From the NCBI GenBank assembly GCA_037384065.1, contig JARROJ010000021.1, positions 20,383 to 84,382 of the forward strand: a stretch of DNA of 64,000 nt, read 5' to 3'. Within the stretch, counting starts at the first letter, position 1; each line of letters begins with the position of its first letter. This DNA is from Lysobacterales bacterium. GTDB taxonomy: Bacteria > Pseudomonadota > Gammaproteobacteria > Xanthomonadales > SZUA-36. This document shows positions 31,730-42,666 of the stretch, one piece after another. Below the pieces are notes generated by a model that saw only the letters and a list, made by a program, of their open reading frames with translations, had not been told where the DNA came from and made no database searches. Position numbers and translations under genes: made by a program.

Positions 31730-32695
31730 TCAGGACGACTTGCGGCGCACCGGGTCCTCCACGCGGAACTGGCGCAGGTACCGCTGCACCGACCACCAGG
31801 CCCCGGCCAGCCCCAACAGGCCACCGGCAACGAGCACGACGGCAGCCCCGGACACGCCCGGACCCTGCAGCCGGATCGCGTTGCCATAAGCATCCTGCAG
31901 GCGTTCGACCGGCGACTGAAGGTAGGCCAGCGCGACCGCCAGCAGCAACAGGGCCAGGGCCGCGCCCATCAGCCCGTACCAGAACCCCGAATACAGGAAC
32001 GGTTGTCGAATGTATCCGTTCGGCGCACCGACCATGTTCAATACCTTGATTTCGCCGGCCCGGTTGGCGACGTCCAGGCGGATCGTATTGGCCACCACCA
32101 GCACGACCGCGATCGACAGCACCGCGGACAACAGGCGAACGAAGGCGTCACCCAACGCGACCCATCCCGCCAGGCGTTGCATCCACTTGTGGTCCAACTG
32201 GACCGCCTCGACCGCGCCCTGACCACCGAACCAGTCCGCCACCGCCGCCGCCATTTGGTCGACCGGCGTCGCGCCGCTCGGGGGCGTAACCAGGAGCACC
32301 CAGGGCAGTGGATTCGTCTCGAACAGGTCCGCCGCCTCGCGCAACCCGGAACGCTCCAGAAATTCCGCCATGCCCTGCTCGGGGCTGATCAGAACGACGG
32401 AAACACGGAACCGCTCCTCGGCCGCGGCGGCGAGCGCGCGGGCCTCCGTCTCGTCGGCGGCCGGCTGCAGGAACACGCTGAGGGAACCCCAGTCCTCCTG
32501 TCGGAAATCCATCCCGTGCAGGTTCTTCATGACGACGGCAAGCCCCAGCGGCAGAGCCATCGCGATGCCCAGCACCAGCACGGTCATCAGGGTGCCGGTC
32601 CAGTGCTGCACGAGGCTCCCGAGGCTCGAGAAGAGGCTGTACAACTGACGGCGCCCCCAGGCCCGGAATTTCTGCTTCGGCGTGAGCATGCTCAT
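31730..32695 (-). CDS. ftsX: Cell-division ABC transporter permease FtsX
   Basis: 321 aa with four TM segments and an FtsX-type N-terminus (LYSLFSSLGSLVQHW). ATGA overlap with ftsE. Confidence 0.9.
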   Translation of the reverse strand: MSMLTPKQKFRAWGRRQLYSLFSSLGSLVQHWTGTLMTVLVLGIAMALPLGLAVVMKNLHGMDFRQEDWGSLSVFLQPAADETEARALAAAAEERFRVSVVLISPEQGMAEFLERSGLREAADLFETNPLPWVLLVTPPSGATPVDQMAAAVADWFGGQGAVEAVQLDHKWMQRLAGWVALGDAFVRLLSAVLSIAVVLVVANTIRLDVANRAGEIKVLNMVGAPNGYIRQPFLYSGFWYGLMGAALALLLLAVALAYLQSPVERLQDAYGNAIRLQGPGVSGAAVVLVAGGLLGLAGAWWSVQRYLRQFRVEDPVRRKSS

Positions 32696-33381
32696 GCCTT
32701 TCCGCGGCCGACTTCTTCGGCCGCGATATCGTCCACCAGGCGGCCATCCGCAAGGACCAGGACGCGCCTGCCCATCGAACGGATGAGGGCAAGGTCGTGA
32801 CTGGCGATCAGGACCGTCGTGCCCTGCCCGTTCAGCTGCGCGAACAGATTGAAGAGTTCCTGGGACAGGTCCGGATCGAGATTGCCGGTCGGTTCGTCCG
32901 CCAGCAGCAACGGCGGCATGCTCACGATGGCGCGGGCGATACCGACGCGCTGCTGCTCGCCGCCTGAAATCTCGTCGGGCAGGGCATCTTCGCGGTGCAG
33001 CAACCCGACCTGGTCCAGCGCCGCCCGCACCCGGCGCCCGATTTCCCGGTAGCCCAGGCCGGCGATCATCAGCGGCAAAGCGACGTTGTCGAAGACCGGC
33101 TTGTCCGGCAGCAGCCGGTGATCCTGGAAGATCATGCCGATGGCCTGGCGGGTGCGCGGGGCGCGCCGGGAAGGCACCCGGTCGAGGTCATGGCCATTGA
33201 CGCGGATCCGGCCGGCCGTCGCCCGCTCCAGCAGCAGCACCAGGCGCAACAGCGTGCTTTTGCCCGCTCCGGAATGACCGGTGAGAAAGGCCATCTCGCC
33301 CCGGCCGAGGTCGAAGCTCACGTCCCGCAGGGCGCTGACGCCGTTCGCGTACCGCTTACTGACGTGCTCGAAGGTGATCAT
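32692..33381 (-). CDS. ftsE: Cell-division ABC transporter ATP-binding protein FtsE
   Basis: ATG at 33381 ([11 protein letters not shown]). Motifs [23 protein letters not shown] and [12 protein letters not shown]. Confidence 0.93.
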   Translation of the reverse strand: MITFEHVSKRYANGVSALRDVSFDLGRGEMAFLTGHSGAGKSTLLRLVLLLERATAGRIRVNGHDLDRVPSRRAPRTRQAIGMIFQDHRLLPDKPVFDNVALPLMIAGLGYREIGRRVRAALDQVGLLHREDALPDEISGGEQQRVGIARAIVSMPPLLLADEPTGNLDPDLSQELFNLFAQLNGQGTTVLIASHDLALIRSMGRRVLVLADGRLVDDIAAEEVGRGKA

Positions 33382-33407
33382 TCGCGCCCGCAACCCGCCA
33401 CGCCGGT

Positions 33408-34766
33408 TCAGCCCTGTGCGTCGTTACCGCCCTCGGACCGACGGCGCCGCCGTGGCCGGCGTTTGCGGCTGCGCCGGGGCTTGTCGCCATCGCTATGGCC
33501 GCCCGCCTCGCGCGACCGCGGCCCATGCCCGCCCTTGCGGGGCCGGCCCCGTGACTCCGTGCGCGGCCGGGGCGCCGCTTTCTCGATTTTCGGCAACAGT
33601 TCGGGCTCGGTCTGCTCCATCGGAATCGGGTAGCCGATGTAATCCTCGATTTCGGGCAGGTGAAAGGCGTAGTTCTCGCACGCGAAACTGATGGCTGCGC
33701 CGCGGGCCCCCAGGCGCGCCGTGCGCCCGATCCGATGCACGTAGTCGGGCGCGTCCTGCGGCAGGTCGAAATTGATCACGTGGGTCACGTCCGGAATGTG
33801 CAGGCCACGCGCCGCGACGTCCGTCGCCACCAGGATCGGGATTTCGCCGTCGTGGAAACGGCGCATGAGGCTCTGGCGCTTTTTCTGGGGAACGGCGCCG
33901 GAAATCGATGCGGCATGGAAACCGTTCGCTTCCAGCGTGCGCTGCACGCGGTCGGTGGCGACCCGCGTATTGGTGAAGATCATGAACCGACCCTCGCCGA
34001 TGCGGCGCAGCAGGCCGATCAGCAACGGCAGCTTCTCGTTGTTTGCCGGATAGTAGACCGACTGGGTCACGTGCTCGGCCGTCACCTGCTCGGTCTCGAC
34101 TTTCAGCAATTCCGGCTCGTTCATGTGTTCGTACGCCAGTTCCAGCACGCGTTGGGAAAGCGTTGCCGAGAACATCAGGCACTGGCGCTCGTCCAGCGGC
34201 GGCAGGCGGCGCAAGACGTAGCGGATGTCCTTGATGAAGCCGAGGTCGAACATGCGGTCCGCCTCGTCGAGCACCATGACCTCGATGTGCTTGAGGTTGA
34301 ACACGTCCTGCTTGAAATAGTCGATGATCCGACCCGGCGTGCCGATCAGGACATCGACGCCGTCCTCCAGGGTTTTGCGCTGCTTTTCATAGTCGACGCC
34401 CCCGTAGGCCAGGCCCAGCCGCAAGCCGGTCTGCCCGCCGAGCTGCACGGCGTCCTTGTGAATCTGCAGCGCGAGTTCCCGCGTCGGTGCCAGCACCAGG
34501 GCGCGGGGATGGCGGCCCGGCTCCGCGGGGGCGCTTTTCAGCAAGCGGTTGAAAATGACCAGCAGGAACGCCGCGGTCTTGCCGGTGCCGGTCTGCGCCT
34601 GGCCGGCGACGTCGCGACCGCCCAGTGCGAACGGCAGGGTCAGCGACTGGATCGGGGTGCAGTGCGTAAAACCGGCGTCGAGGAGCCCCTGCTGTACCGG
34701 TTCGAGCAGTTCCAGTGAAGTGAACGCAAGGTCGGTCAGGGGTTTGTTGGAATCATTATCGGGCAT
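33408..34766 (-). CDS. rhlB: ATP-dependent DEAD-box RNA helicase RhlB
   Basis: [25 protein letters not shown] and HRIGRTAR, plus an Arg-rich C-terminal tail. ATG at 34766 (the track start at 34772 is a GTG). Conserved rhlB-trxA-rho neighbourhood. Confidence 0.9.
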   Translation of the reverse strand: MPDNDSNKPLTDLAFTSLELLEPVQQGLLDAGFTHCTPIQSLTLPFALGGRDVAGQAQTGTGKTAAFLLVIFNRLLKSAPAEPGRHPRALVLAPTRELALQIHKDAVQLGGQTGLRLGLAYGGVDYEKQRKTLEDGVDVLIGTPGRIIDYFKQDVFNLKHIEVMVLDEADRMFDLGFIKDIRYVLRRLPPLDERQCLMFSATLSQRVLELAYEHMNEPELLKVETEQVTAEHVTQSVYYPANNEKLPLLIGLLRRIGEGRFMIFTNTRVATDRVQRTLEANGFHAASISGAVPQKKRQSLMRRFHDGEIPILVATDVAARGLHIPDVTHVINFDLPQDAPDYVHRIGRTARLGARGAAISFACENYAFHLPEIEDYIGYPIPMEQTEPELLPKIEKAAPRPRTESRGRPRKGGHGPRSREAGGHSDGDKPRRSRKRRPRRRRRSEGGNDAQG

Positions 34767-35010
34767 TGTCACTCACTTGCTTCCGTCCGGCATCCGCCTG
34801 CCGGCTTCTGATCACTGATTAGAGTTCGGTACGCGCGGTCATGGCCTTGAAAAGTGCCGCACGCGCCTTGAAATCGTTGAACAGTTCAGTTGAAATGAGG
34901 GCCGGTACCGAACGGCGGTTCTCTGGCCGGACCCTGAAAGTTACACACATATTAACCGCGCTGCATTCCATGTTCCAGTGACGGCAGTGGCGCGCCATGG
35001 AGAAAAAACC

Positions 35011-35337
35011 GTGAGTGATAAGATTACCCATGTCACCGACAGCACTTTCGACAGCGAAGTGCTCAATTCCGACGTTCCCGTCCTGGTCGACTACTGGGCG
35101 GAATGGTGTGGCCCCTGCAAGATGATCGCCCCGATCGTGGACGAGATCGCAGACGAGTACGGCGAGCGCCTCAAAGTCGCCAAAATGGACATCGACAGCA
35201 ACATGATGACACCGCCGCAATACGGCATTCGCGGAATTCCGACCCTGATGATTTTCCGGGACGGCAAGGTCCAGGCCACCAAGGTCGGCGCCGTCAGCAA
35301 AGGCCAGCTCAAGGCATTCATCGACGAAGTCGTCTGA
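35011..35337 (+). CDS. trxA: Thioredoxin 1
   Basis: GTG at 35011 preceded by [22 protein letters not shown]...[14 protein letters not shown]...YGIRGIPTL is collinear with E. coli TrxA. Confidence 0.93.
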   Translation: MSDKITHVTDSTFDSEVLNSDVPVLVDYWAEWCGPCKMIAPIVDEIADEYGERLKVAKMDIDSNMMTPPQYGIRGIPTLMIFRDGKVQATKVGAVSKGQLKAFIDEVV

Positions 35338-35660
35338 CCCCGCCCGTTCGCCGCCAGCACGGCTGCGAACATCGCCAGCGGGTCGCCCGGTGACTGGACG
35401 GCCCGCGACAATCATGCTACTTTAGCGCCATCTGCGGCCGGGCCTCCCGCCCGGCGCCGCTGCTTCCCATGACGACCGCCGGTCCGGGCACAACGGAATC
35501 CGGCTGTGCATAGAAAATGGTTTAAACGATCCGCGGCAACCAGGCCGCGGGCTGCTGATTGACTCGATCGGGCCGGCCATGCGCCGATCCGACGAACCGA
35601 ACCGGACATTCAAGACCATCCCTCCGAGCAACAGGCACTGCACATTGCCCAGGTAATTTC

Positions 35661-36917
35661 ATGAACCTCACAGAACTGAAACAGAAACCGATTTCCGAAT
35701 TGCTCACGATCGCCGATGAAATAGGGCTCGAAGGCGTTGCGCGAACGCGCAAGCAGGACATCATCTTTTCCATCCTCAAGGCGCATGCCAAGAGCGGTGA
35801 AAGCATCTTCGGGGATGGCGTACTCGAAATCCTGCAGGACGGATTCGGTTTCCTGCGCTCCGCCGACAGTTCCTACCTGGCCGGCCCGGACGACATCTAC
35901 GTCTCGCCCAGCCAGATCCGGCGCTTCGCCCTGCGCACCGGCGACATGCTGTCGGGAAAGATCCGGCCGCCGAAAGACAGCGAGCGCTATTTTGCCCTGC
36001 TCAAGGTCCAGGAGATCAATTACGAATCGCCGGAGGCCGCCAAGCGCAAGATCCTGTTCGAAAACCTGACGCCGGAATTTCCGACCCAGCAACTCACGCT
36101 GGAGCGCGGTTCGGGCAGCACGGAAGACATCACCGCGCGGATCATCGACCTCGTGTCCCCGATCGGCAAGGGCCAGCGCGGCCTGGTCGTCTCACCGCCC
36201 AAAGCGGGCAAGACCATCATGCTGCAGAACATCGCGACCAGCATCCGGGCCAACGCCCCGGACTGCAAGATGATCATTCTGCTGATCGATGAGCGCCCCG
36301 AGGAAGTGACGGAAATGAAGCGCTCGGTCGACGCCGAGGTCATCTCCAGCACCTTCGACGAACCGGCCTCGCGCCATGTCCAGGTCGCCGAGATGGTCAT
36401 CGAACGGGCCAAGCGGCTGGTCGAACACAAGCACGACGTGGTGATTCTGCTCGACTCCATCACGCGTCTCGCCCGCGCGTACAACACGGTCGCCCCGTCG
36501 TCCGGCAAGGTTCTGACCGGTGGTGTGGACGCCAATGCGCTGCAGCGTCCGAAACGGTTCTTCGGCGCGGCGCGCAACGTTTCCGAGGGCGGTTCGCTGA
36601 CCATTATCGCCACCGCGCTGGTCGATACCGGTTCGAAGATGGACGAGGTGATCTACGAGGAGTTCAAAGGCACCGGCAACATGGAGGTTCACCTGAGCCG
36701 CCGCATCGCGGAACGCCGCACCTACCCCGCGATCGACATCAACCGCTCGGGCACGCGCCGCGAGGAGCTGATGATCGGCCAGGATCAACTGCAGAAGGTC
36801 TGGATTCTGCGCAAGCTGCTGCACCCGATGGACGAGGCCCAGGCCATCGAGTTCATGCTCGACAAGCTGAAGGCCACCAAGACCAACGCCGAATTCTTCA
36901 ACTTCATGAAACGGTGA
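35661..36917 (+). CDS. rho: Transcription termination factor Rho
   Basis: ATG at 35661 ([15 protein letters not shown]). Motifs GFGFLR, Walker A PPKAGKT and LIDERPEEV. Confidence 0.97.
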   Translation: MNLTELKQKPISELLTIADEIGLEGVARTRKQDIIFSILKAHAKSGESIFGDGVLEILQDGFGFLRSADSSYLAGPDDIYVSPSQIRRFALRTGDMLSGKIRPPKDSERYFALLKVQEINYESPEAAKRKILFENLTPEFPTQQLTLERGSGSTEDITARIIDLVSPIGKGQRGLVVSPPKAGKTIMLQNIATSIRANAPDCKMIILLIDERPEEVTEMKRSVDAEVISSTFDEPASRHVQVAEMVIERAKRLVEHKHDVVILLDSITRLARAYNTVAPSSGKVLTGGVDANALQRPKRFFGAARNVSEGGSLTIIATALVDTGSKMDEVIYEEFKGTGNMEVHLSRRIAERRTYPAIDINRSGTRREELMIGQDQLQKVWILRKLLHPMDEAQAIEFMLDKLKATKTNAEFFNFMKR

Positions 36918-39253
36918 CCCGGCTGCGCAGAATTCTCGCGCCGCTGATCCTGGGGCTTGCATCCGTCCAGGCCGGAGCGGACCCGGGCGGCCTGCTCGAC
37001 CTGGACATCGACCCGGACACCGGACGGGTCGAACTCGCGTTCGAAACGCTACCCGCCGATTACCTGTACGTCACCGGACTGCAAACCGGGGCCGGGTCCA
37101 ACGACCTGGGCTTTGACCGCGGCCAGCTGGATCGGACGCGCCTGGTTCGCTTCGAGCGGTTCGGCAACCGGGTCCTGCTGATCGAGCCCAACCTCGCGTT
37201 CCGTGCGCGCACGGATGATGCGTCCGAACGCCTCGCGGTCGAACAGGCGTTCGCGCAGTCGGTCCTGGCCGGTTTCGAGGTCGTCGACAGCGAACGCCCC
37301 GGTGTGCGCATCGACCTGACGCCGTTCCTGCTCTCGGACGCGCCACGTCTCGCGGCCCGCATCCGCGAACTCGAACAGGGCGAATTCAGCATCGACCCCG
37401 AGCGTTCCGCGGTCGACCCCTCCGCCGTGCGTAATTTCCCGGACAACGCGTTACTGCCGGCGGTCATCACGTTTGCCGGTAAAGAGCCCGGGGCATTCAT
37501 TCGCGACGTCACCCCAACCCCGGATTCGTTGTCGATCCGCCTCACGCACCAGTTCATCCGTCTGCCCGACGACGGTTACCGGCCGCGCGCGTTCCATCCG
37601 CGCTCCGGGTTTTTCGCGCTCGCGTTTCGCGACTATGCGGCCCCGCTGGACCGCGAGGTCGAACAGCGATTCATCTACCGCCACCGCCTGGCGCCCGGCG
37701 AAACGCTGCGCTACTACGTCGATCCCGGCGTGCCCGAGCCGGTGCGCAGCGCGCTGCTCGAGGGCGCATCCTGGTGGCGCGAGGCGTTCGCCGAGGCAGG
37801 CTTTGCAAACGGATTCGCCGTCGACGTTCTGCCGGCGGACGCGGACCCGCTGGATGCCCGTTACAACGCGATCCAGTGGGTGCATCGGGCCACGCGGGGC
37901 TGGTCCTACGGCTTCAGTATTTCCGACCCCCGGACCGGCGAAATCATCAAGGGCCACGTGAGCCTCGGCTCCCTGCGGGTCCGCCAGGATCAGCTCATCG
38001 CGGAAGCCCTGACCGCGCCGTTCACGGCGCCGGGAGACCGATCCGAAGCCGCGCAGAACATGGCGCTGGCCCGCATCCGGCAACTGGCCGCCCACGAAGT
38101 CGGTCACACGCTGGGAATCGACCACAATTTCGCCGCGTCCTTTTCCGGGGACGCCTCGGTCATGGATTATCCGCATCCGAACCTCTATCTCGGCGACGAT
38201 GGACGGGTGCGTCTCGACCGCGCCTACGCGCGCGGCGTCAGCCCCTGGGACAAGCTCACGATCCGCTACGGTTACGGCGTCTTTCCCGCGGACCGCGAAC
38301 CGGCTGCGCTGGACGACATCCTCGCCTCGGCCCGGCGCCAGGGCATCGGCTTCCTCGGCGACCAGGACGCGCGGCCGCCCGGCAGCGCCCATCCAGACGC
38401 CCACCTGTGGGACAACGGCGGCGATGTCCTGGCGCGGCTCGACGAAGTGATGGCCATCCGCCGCATCGGGCTCAGTAATTTCTCGCCCGCGGTGATCGAT
38501 TTCGGCACGCCGTTGTTCGAAATGGAACGAAAACTGGTCCCGGTATTCCTGTTGCACCGCTACCAGCTGGAGGCGACGGCCAAGCTGCTGGGCGGCCTGA
38601 GGTACGGTTATGCCGTGCGCGGTGACCGCGACACGGTCCTCGCGCCCGTCAGCGGCGAGGTGCAGCGCCGGGCGCTCACCGCCCTGCTCGGCCTGCTCGC
38701 ACCCGAACAGCTGGCCCTGCCGCCGTCGCTGCGCTATCTCATTCCGCCGCCGCCCCTGGAGCACGCACGCGACCGTGAATTCTTTGGCGGAACCACCGGC
38801 GCGCCCTTCGACCACCTCGCACCGGCGCGAGCGGGGGCGGAACTGGTCATTCGGGAACTCCTGCAACCGCAGCGGCTCGCGCGCCTGCACGAACAGCAGT
38901 CGCTCGATCCGGGCCTTCCCGGCCCGGACACCGTCATCGACGGTCTGCTGCAAGCCACCTGGCTCGCGAAACCGGAACGGGACACCTACCTCGAAGCGAT
39001 TCGCAGCGAGACGGGCTGGCCGGTTCTGAGCGAGCTGATGCGACTGGCGTCGACGGAAACCGAAAGCGATGCCGTGCGGGCGACCGCGCTCGCTACGCTG
39101 CTGCGGCTGGAACGGGAACTGGACGGCGCCGCGCACCGCCGCAGCCACGCCGCCACGGCGGCGCGCCAAAAGATTCGCGCCTTCCTCGAAAACCCGGCGG
39201 GCGGCCTGCCGATCCAAGAGCAACGGGTGCCGCCGGGCTCGCCGATCGGCTGA
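36914..39253 (+). CDS. Secreted zinc-dependent metalloprotease (DUF5117/DUF4953-type zincin)
   Basis: The GTG start overlaps the rho stop (GTGA). It has a signal peptide ([15 protein letters not shown]) and the HExxH-containing [16 protein letters not shown]. 779 aa. Confidence 0.75.
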   Translation: MTRLRRILAPLILGLASVQAGADPGGLLDLDIDPDTGRVELAFETLPADYLYVTGLQTGAGSNDLGFDRGQLDRTRLVRFERFGNRVLLIEPNLAFRARTDDASERLAVEQAFAQSVLAGFEVVDSERPGVRIDLTPFLLSDAPRLAARIRELEQGEFSIDPERSAVDPSAVRNFPDNALLPAVITFAGKEPGAFIRDVTPTPDSLSIRLTHQFIRLPDDGYRPRAFHPRSGFFALAFRDYAAPLDREVEQRFIYRHRLAPGETLRYYVDPGVPEPVRSALLEGASWWREAFAEAGFANGFAVDVLPADADPLDARYNAIQWVHRATRGWSYGFSISDPRTGEIIKGHVSLGSLRVRQDQLIAEALTAPFTAPGDRSEAAQNMALARIRQLAAHEVGHTLGIDHNFAASFSGDASVMDYPHPNLYLGDDGRVRLDRAYARGVSPWDKLTIRYGYGVFPADREPAALDDILASARRQGIGFLGDQDARPPGSAHPDAHLWDNGGDVLARLDEVMAIRRIGLSNFSPAVIDFGTPLFEMERKLVPVFLLHRYQLEATAKLLGGLRYGYAVRGDRDTVLAPVSGEVQRRALTALLGLLAPEQLALPPSLRYLIPPPPLEHARDREFFGGTTGAPFDHLAPARAGAELVIRELLQPQRLARLHEQQSLDPGLPGPDTVIDGLLQATWLAKPERDTYLEAIRSETGWPVLSELMRLASTETESDAVRATALATLLRLERELDGAAHRRSHAATAARQKIRAFLENPAGGLPIQEQRVPPGSPIG

Positions 39254-39259
39254 TCCGGA

Positions 39260-40708
39260 TCAGGTCACCAGGGTCGCGACGAAGTCCGTCACCGGCAGCG
39301 CTTCGAGCGCAGCCTGCTTCGAGCAGGCCGCCTCGGCGCGTTGCGCCTGCTCCTCGCCGTAATGCTCCGCCATGGCGTCCCGGAACTTGTTCACCAGCAC
39401 CGGGATGCCCTCGTCACGGCGGCGCCGGTGCCCGATCGGGTAACTGACCTCGACCCGCTCGGTGTGGCTGCCGTCCGCGAAGAAAACCTGCACCGCATTG
39501 CCGATGCCCCGCTTTTCCGGATCGAAGTAATCCCGCGTGAACGCCTCGTTCTCCGTCACCTCCATCTTCGAGCGCAGTGCGTCGATGCGCGGGTCCGCTG
39601 CAACCTCGTCGTTGTAGCTGTCCGCGGTCAAGCGGCCGAAGATCAGCGGCACCGCGACCATGTACTGGATGCAGTGGTCGCGATCGGCATAGTTGTCCAG
39701 CGGGCCCGTCTTGTCGATGATTCGCGCGCCGGCCTCCTGGGTTTCGATGACGATCCGCTCGATGTCGTCGATCCGGTCTTTGACTTCCGGATGCAGGGTC
39801 ATGGCGCACTCGACCGCGGTCTGGGCATGGAATTCCGCCGGGAACGAGATCTTGAACAGGACATTCTCCATCACGTAGCTGCCGTAGGGCCGCTGGAAGC
39901 GGAACGGCTGCCCCTTGAACAGGACATCGTAAAAGCCCCAGACATCGGCGCTCAGCGCCGACGGGTACCCCATCTCGCCCCGCAGCACCATCAGCGCCAG
40001 CGTCACGGCGCGGCGACAGGCGTCGCCCGCGGCCCAACTCTTGCGCGACCCGGTGTTCGGCGCGTGACGGTAGGTGCGCAGCGCGCCGCCGTCGATCCAC
40101 GCGTTCGACACGGCGTCGATCACCTGCTGCCGTGTACCGCCCAGCATGTGCGTCACCACCGCCGTCGAAGCCACGCGAACCAGCAGGACGTGATCCAGGC
40201 CGACCCGGTTGAAGCTGTTTTCCAGCGCCAGCACACCCTGGATTTCGTGCGCCTTGATCATCGCCGTCAACACGTCACGCATGGTCAGCGGCGCCTTGCC
40301 TTCCGCCACGTTGCGGCGCGAGACGTAGTCGGCCACCGCCAGGATCGCCCCGAGGTTGTCCGAGGGATGCCCCCACTCGGCCGCGAGCCAGGTGTCGTTG
40401 AAATCGAGATAGCGAATCAGCAGGCCGAGATTGAACGCGGCCTGCGCCGGTTCGAGTTCGTGCCCGGTACCCGGCACCCGCGCACCGCCGACCATCTCCG
40501 CACCGGGCACCATCGGCCCGAGCAGGCGCGTGCAGCCGGGAAACTTCATCGCCAGCGCGGCGCAGGCAAGACTGTCCATCAGACAGTAGCGCGCCGTGGA
40601 ATAGGCCTCGACGCTGTCGATCTCGTAATCGCAGACGTAATCCGCGATATCGACCAGGACCTGGTCGTAGTCCGGTCGTTGTGCCGCTCGGATGCCGATT
40701 TGTGACAT
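39260..40708 (-). CDS. prpD: 2-methylcitrate dehydratase (MmgE/PrpD family)
   Basis: 482 aa, full-length PrpD-like ([37 protein letters not shown]). prpB and prpC lie nearby. Confidence 0.9.
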   Translation of the reverse strand: MSQIGIRAAQRPDYDQVLVDIADYVCDYEIDSVEAYSTARYCLMDSLACAALAMKFPGCTRLLGPMVPGAEMVGGARVPGTGHELEPAQAAFNLGLLIRYLDFNDTWLAAEWGHPSDNLGAILAVADYVSRRNVAEGKAPLTMRDVLTAMIKAHEIQGVLALENSFNRVGLDHVLLVRVASTAVVTHMLGGTRQQVIDAVSNAWIDGGALRTYRHAPNTGSRKSWAAGDACRRAVTLALMVLRGEMGYPSALSADVWGFYDVLFKGQPFRFQRPYGSYVMENVLFKISFPAEFHAQTAVECAMTLHPEVKDRIDDIERIVIETQEAGARIIDKTGPLDNYADRDHCIQYMVAVPLIFGRLTADSYNDEVAADPRIDALRSKMEVTENEAFTRDYFDPEKRGIGNAVQVFFADGSHTERVEVSYPIGHRRRRDEGIPVLVNKFRDAMAEHYGEEQAQRAEAACSKQAALEALPVTDFVATLVT

Positions 40709-40819
40709 GGGAACCTCGTTGGTTTTTGGGATACTATGAACCCCTTATTCTAGTGGAGGAGCGAGAGCGGGACCACGTGATCGTCACCCGTAACCGGGTG
40801 CGTTAAGGCCCGGCCATGG

Positions 40820-41368
40820 ATGCCTATGTGGAAAAGCTCTGTCGAAAGCTGGGGGCGGACGGCCCGCGCGCTGCACTGGACGATGGCGATACTGATCGCG
40901 CTCCAGGCCGCGCTCGGCTGGATCGCCAGCGAACTCGACCGCTCGCCGCTGCGCGCTGATCTCATGACCGGCCACAAATCGCTCGGCATCACCCTGCTCG
41001 CCCTGCTGGCGTTGCGCCTCGCCTGGCGCTTTTTCGATGTCCGGCCGGCGCCACCGGCCAATACCCCCGCCTGGAGCGACCGAACGGCCAGGGTCGTCCA
41101 CGCCCTGATCTACGTCGCCCTGTTCGGCCTCGCCGTTTCGGGCTGGCTGGCGGCTTCGACGACGATCCTGCCATGGAAACTCTGGTGGCTCATCCCGTGG
41201 CCATCGATCGCCTCGCCCGACCCCGGGATGCATCGCCTCGCCGAGGACCTTCACGCGCTGTCGCTCTGGGCGCTGATCGGCCTCCTCGTGCTGCACGTGG
41301 GCGCGGCGCTGAAGCACCATTTCGTCGACCGCGACGCCGTCCTGGCCCGCATGTGGCGCGGCCGATGA
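40820..41368 (+). CDS. cybB: Cytochrome b561 family protein
   Basis: Four TM helices with conserved His residues (ALHWTMA, GHKSLG, VHALIY, LHVGAALKHHF). Confidence 0.85.
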   Translation: MPMWKSSVESWGRTARALHWTMAILIALQAALGWIASELDRSPLRADLMTGHKSLGITLLALLALRLAWRFFDVRPAPPANTPAWSDRTARVVHALIYVALFGLAVSGWLAASTTILPWKLWWLIPWPSIASPDPGMHRLAEDLHALSLWALIGLLVLHVGAALKHHFVDRDAVLARMWRGR

Positions 41369-41928
41369 GAGCGATCGGCGCCCTGCTGATGATCCTCGCC
41401 GCATCGGCGCCGCTGGCCGGCACTGCGTCACCGGAGAGCATCGTCAGCGAAAAGGGCGAGGTCCGCTTCACCGCGCGTTACGAGGGTCAACCGCTGGACG
41501 GTGTGTTCCGGCGCTTCCGCGTCGAAATGCCGGTCGAGCCGGCAACGGGCGAGCCGGGCGGACTGCGCGTCGTGATCGCCACGGGATCGGCCGACATGAA
41601 CGATGCCGACGTCAACCAGGAACTCAGGACGACGATTTTCTTCGATGCGGACCGCTTTCCCGACGCCGTTTTCACCAGCGACACGATCAGCCGCGCGCCG
41701 GACGGAACGTACTCCGCGGCCGGCGCGATCGAGGTCAAGGGTGCGACCTATCCGCTCAGCGTGCCGTTCCGCCTGCGCGATACCGGCGGCGCCCGGGAGC
41801 TGACCGGTGAAGTCAGCGTGTCGCGCCTGGCGTGGCGAATCGGGCTGGGCGAGTGGGCGCAGACCGACCTGATCGCCGACGAGGTCGTGGTTCGCTTTCG
41901 GGTCGAGTTTACGGGCGCGTCGCCTTGA
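41365..41928 (+). CDS. YceI-family periplasmic polyisoprenoid-binding protein
   Basis: ATG at 41365 overlapping the cybB TGA. Signal peptide, FDADRFPDAVFTS and GAIEVKGATYPLSVPF. Confidence 0.85.
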   Translation: MRAIGALLMILAASAPLAGTASPESIVSEKGEVRFTARYEGQPLDGVFRRFRVEMPVEPATGEPGGLRVVIATGSADMNDADVNQELRTTIFFDADRFPDAVFTSDTISRAPDGTYSAAGAIEVKGATYPLSVPFRLRDTGGARELTGEVSVSRLAWRIGLGEWAQTDLIADEVVVRFRVEFTGASP

Positions 41929-42632
41929 AGCGATTACTGGCGTTGTCGCTGCTGACGCTGCTGGCCGCGTGCACCCTCGCGCCGGAGAGCGCGCCACCGC
42001 GCGACGAAACCGCAGACCAGGCAGTCGCGTGGCCCCCCTACCCCTACCGGGAACGTGCCGCAGCAGACGCGGTTTACCTGCTCGACCCGGCACGCTCCTC
42101 GATCGATTTCGTGGTGCGACGCGAAGGCCCGCTGGCCCGCTTCGGGCACGATCACGTGCTCAGCCCGACCGCGCTGGAAGGCTGGTTCCTGGCCGCGGAC
42201 ACGCCGGAAGCGGTCCGCGCGGACCTGCGCTTCCCGACCCGCGAACTGGCGATCGACGACGCGCCGTCCCGCGCGCGCTACGCGCTCGATACCACGCCCG
42301 ACGCGGAAGCCATCGCCGGCACGCGCGAAAACCTGTTGCGCGAAGTGCTGCGCAGCGAGGACTGGCCGGTCGTCACGGTCACGCTCGACCCGGCGGCCAT
42401 GACGGACACCGGCGGCGACGTTGGATTCAGCCTGCGCTGGGGGGGCGCGGAATACCGCTTGCAACGGCCAGTGGACATGGTTCGCGATGCCCGGGAAATC
42501 CGGCTCAGCGGGACGTTCCGGGTTCGCCAGACCGAAATTGGCATGACGCCGCTGTCGATCATGGGCGGCGGCCTGCGCGTCCGCGACGAGATCGAGGTGC
42601 ACCTCGACCTGCGGGGCACCCGCCTCGAGTAA
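41925..42632 (+). CDS. YceI-like lipoprotein (divergent paralogue)
   Basis: The TTG start overlaps the preceding stop (TTGA). It has the lipobox LLTLLAAC, SSIDFVVRREGPLARFGHDHV and a C-terminal beta-barrel-like region. The start codon call is tentative. Confidence 0.62.
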   Translation: MKRLLALSLLTLLAACTLAPESAPPRDETADQAVAWPPYPYRERAAADAVYLLDPARSSIDFVVRREGPLARFGHDHVLSPTALEGWFLAADTPEAVRADLRFPTRELAIDDAPSRARYALDTTPDAEAIAGTRENLLREVLRSEDWPVVTVTLDPAAMTDTGGDVGFSLRWGGAEYRLQRPVDMVRDAREIRLSGTFRVRQTEIGMTPLSIMGGGLRVRDEIEVHLDLRGTRLE

Positions 42633-42666
42633 AGCGCGGCCCGACGGCACGCCGCCGGGCCATCGC

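Noticed and set aside
33382-33407. Absence of ftsY upstream of ftsE (rhlB is there instead)
   Set aside because: This is a gene-order variation only. ftsY is presumably elsewhere and nothing in the sequence is anomalous.
42633-42666. Possible bidirectional terminator between the convergent yceI-like gene and prpC (ggcccg...cgggcc, 6-bp stem, 12-nt loop)
   Set aside because: The stem is short, the loop is long and there are no U-tracts. This is too weak to call.
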